A stretch of DNA of 63,956 bases, counting the filler, from Vicugna vicugna (taxonomy: Eukaryota), in assembly GCA_013265495.1 (NCBI GenBank). It is 78 parts of 75 records of this genome, joined end to end, with 100 filler letters (N's around TTAATTAATTAA, not from the genome) between each part and the next. Parts side by side here need not be neighbours in the genome. Positions count along the whole stretch, not along the records: positions 61,650 to 63,016 come from MU057511.1; positions 63,117 to 63,797 come from MU057513.1; positions 63,898 to 63,956 come from MU057647.1; 75 more parts are not named here. One strand, 5' to 3'. Below are positions 61,650-63,956 of this stretch, in pieces. Below the pieces are notes generated by a model. The model was given only the letters and a program-made list of their open reading frames with translations, was not told where the DNA came from and made no database searches. Both the position numbers and the translations under genes were made by a program. How positions within the stretch are numbered: position 1 is the stretch's first letter; each line of letters opens with the position of its first letter.

Positions 61650-63016
61650 GAATACCTGTGCCCCCTGAATGTTGCAAGGACACTGTTTCCCCACGTTCAG
61701 CACACAAAAGATGTGGTGTTCTGGTATCCTGAGTGTGGGGAGACTCCTCCAACTGACAGCAGCACTTGGGATCTGATATAATAACTATGTTTGACAACCT
61801 TCAGTGTTTTCCTAGGCCGGGCTCTGAGCCTAGGTGGGGGCTGGGCTCTAAAGCCAAGTATTAGCGTGTGCCTCTCTATGTTCAGTGGAGGTGTTTAAAC
61901 GACATCCAAACCTGGGAACACCTGTGCCCTCATGAAGATGCGTGGACCCTCTTTCACCACCTCCAGCACACACACGNNNNNNNNNNNNNNNNNNNNNNNN
62001 NNNNNNNNNNNNNNNNNNNNNNNNNNNNNNNNNNNNNNNNNNNNNNNNNNNNNNNNNNNNNNNNNNNNNNNNNNNNNNNNNNNNNNNNNNNNNNNNNNNN
62101 NNNNNNNNNNNNNNNNNNNNNNNNNNNNNNNNNNNNNNNNNNNNNNNNNNNNNNNNNNNNNNNNNNNNNNNNNNNNNNNNNNNNNNNNNNNNNNNNNNNN
62201 NNNNNNNNNNNNNNNNNNNNNNNNNNNNNNNNNNNNNNNNNNNNNNNNNNNNNNNNNNNNNNNNNNNNNNNNNNNNNNNNNNNNNNNNNNNNNNNNNNNN
62301 NNNNNNNNNNNNNNNNNNNNNNNNNNNNNNNNNNNNNNNNNNNNNNNNNNNNNNNNNNNNNNNNNNNNNNNNNNNNNNNNNNNNNNNNNNNNNNNNNNNN
62401 NNNNNNNNNNNNNNNNNNNNNNNNNNNNNNNNNNNNNNNNNNNNNNNNNNNNNNNNNNNNNNNNNNNNNNNNNNNNNNNNNNNNNNNNNNNNNNNNNNNN
62501 NNNNNNNNNNNNNNNNNNNNNNNNNNNNNNNNNNNNNNNNNNNNNNNNNNNNNNNNNNNNNNNNNNNNNNNNNNNNNNNNNNNNNNNNNNNNNNNNNNNN
62601 NNNNNNNNNNNNNNNNNNNNNNNNNNNNNNNNNNNNNNNNNNNNNNNNNNNNNNNNNNNNNNNNNNNNNNNNNNNNNNNNNNNNNNNNNNNNNNNNNNNN
62701 NNNNNNNNNNNNNNNNNNNNNNNNNNNNNNNNNNNNNNNNNNNNNNNNNNNNNNNNNNNNNNNNNNNNNNNNNNNNNNNNNNNNNNNNNNNNNNNNNNNN
62801 NNNNNNNNNNNNNNNNNNNNNNNNNNNNNNNNNNNNNNNNNNNNNNNNNNNNNNNNNNNNNNNNNNNNNNNNNNNNNNNNNNNNNNNNNNNNNNNNNNNN
62901 NNNNNNNNNNNNNNNNNNNNNNNNNNNNNNNNNNNNNNNNNNTACATCCCCAACCTGGGAACACGTGTGCGCCCAGAAAGATGCGTGGACTCTGTTTCCC
63001 TCCTCCAGCACACACA
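61650..63016 (-). repeat. Satellite family B
   Basis: CTGAGTGTGGGGAGACTCCTCCAACTGACAGCAGCAC. Confidence 0.92.
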
Positions 63017-63116
63017 NNNNNNNNNNNNNNNNNNNNNNNNNNNNNNNNNNNNNNNNNNNNTTAATTAATTAANNNNNNNNNNNNNNNNNNNNNNNNNNNN
63101 NNNNNNNNNNNNNNNN

Positions 63117-63797
63117 TTGAGATAATTTCTATATTCTTAAATTTGTTGTGGTTTCTTTGGTGTCCAAGTACAATTTCGATCCTGGAAAATGTTCCATGTG
63201 CACTTGAAAAGAATGTATATTCTAATTTTTGGGGGTGTAAAGCTCTGAAAATATCCACCAAATCTAGTCTTTCTATTGTAGTATTTAATTTCTCTGTTGC
63301 CTTNNNNNNNNNNNNNNNNNNNNNNNNNNNNNNNNNNNNNNNNNNNNNNNNNNNNNNNNNNNNNNNNNNNNNNNNNNNNNNNNNNNCTTTATCTCTGAAT
63401 TCTTGTATATACTTAGGTGCTCCTATATTGGGTGCATATATATTAACGAGTGTAATATCTTCATCTTGTATCACTCCTTTAATCATTATAAAATGTCCTT
63501 CTATATAATATATNNNNNNNNNNNNNNNNNNNNNNNNNNNNNNNNNNNNNNNNNNNNNNNNNNNNNNNNNNNNNNNNNNNNNNNNNNNNNNNNNNNNNNN
63601 NNNNNNNTCTTTTGACTGGAGCATTTAGTCCATTAACATTTACAGTAATTAATGATAGATGTGTGTTTATTGCCATTTTGAACTTTGCAGTTGAATTGGT
63701 ATATCCTCTTTGTTCCTTTCTTCTTCCTTTTGTGGTTTGGTAATTTTCCTTTGTATTATCATGGATTTTATTTAATTTTTGTGACTCCCTTGCCTTG
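63117..63797 (-). mobile_element. LINE-1 inter-ORF region and ORF2 endonuclease domain (ATG at 63676)
   Basis: MAINTHLSLITVNVNGLNAPVKR...GHFIMIKG...DITLVNIYAPNIGAPKYI...EYTFFSSAHGTFSRIE. Confidence 0.96.
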
Positions 63798-63897
63798 NNN
63801 NNNNNNNNNNNNNNNNNNNNNNNNNNNNNNNNNNNNNNNNNTTAATTAATTAANNNNNNNNNNNNNNNNNNNNNNNNNNNNNNNNNNNNNNNNNNNN

Positions 63898-63956
63898 TTC
63901 ATTACATGCTTCAAACATGACTGATTTGACAAACATGCATTCCTGAGTTGAGAGCA
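63898..63956 (-). repeat. Satellite family C fragment
   Basis: GACAAACATGCATTCCTGAGTTGAGAGCA. Confidence 0.85.

Noticed and set aside
548..63072. Long ORFs in the supplied track (e.g. 21575-22663, 61848-63072) and ORFs ending in 'LIN'
   Set aside because: They consist mainly of X from N gaps; 'LIN*' is the translation of the linker.
1029..63897. Regularly interspaced identical palindrome TTAATTAATTAA as a CRISPR-like or biological repeat system
   Set aside because: It is embedded in 44+44 Ns and has stops in six frames: an assembly linker. No cas genes are present and the content is mammalian.

Overview
This window is not a contiguous locus. It is a concatenation of about 78 short (0.06-1.4 kb), gap-containing unplaced scaffolds from a mammalian genome, joined by about 77 copies of an artificial 100-bp linker (N44-TTAATTAATTAA-N44). 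A tRNA-Ala-derived SINE resembling camelid Vic-1 suggests a camelid (alpaca, vicuna or camel). Roughly 45% of the pieces are satellite DNA in five classes: (A) a GC/CpG-rich 267-bp monomer; (B) a multi-subunit higher-order repeat of ~265-bp units homologous to A; (C) an AT-rich 3 x ~247 = ~740-bp higher-order repeat; (D) a 249-bp monomer; (E) a strand-asymmetric AGAAYNN heptamer satellite. By-eye alignment suggests A-D descend from one ~250-267-bp ancestor. The rest is L1, L2, MIR, ERV and MER2 debris, a degenerate TTAGGG tract, one intact AKR1C-family exon, a frameshifted ANO6 exon copy, a frameshifted but CpG-rich MAPK1 (ERK2) 5' copy, and two paralogous CpG-island first exons of an unidentified gene family. 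Gene and repeat names come from recalled sequences, not searches. No prokaryotic system or CRISPR array is present, most ORF-track entries are N-gap or repeat artefacts, and adjacency across linkers has no biological meaning.
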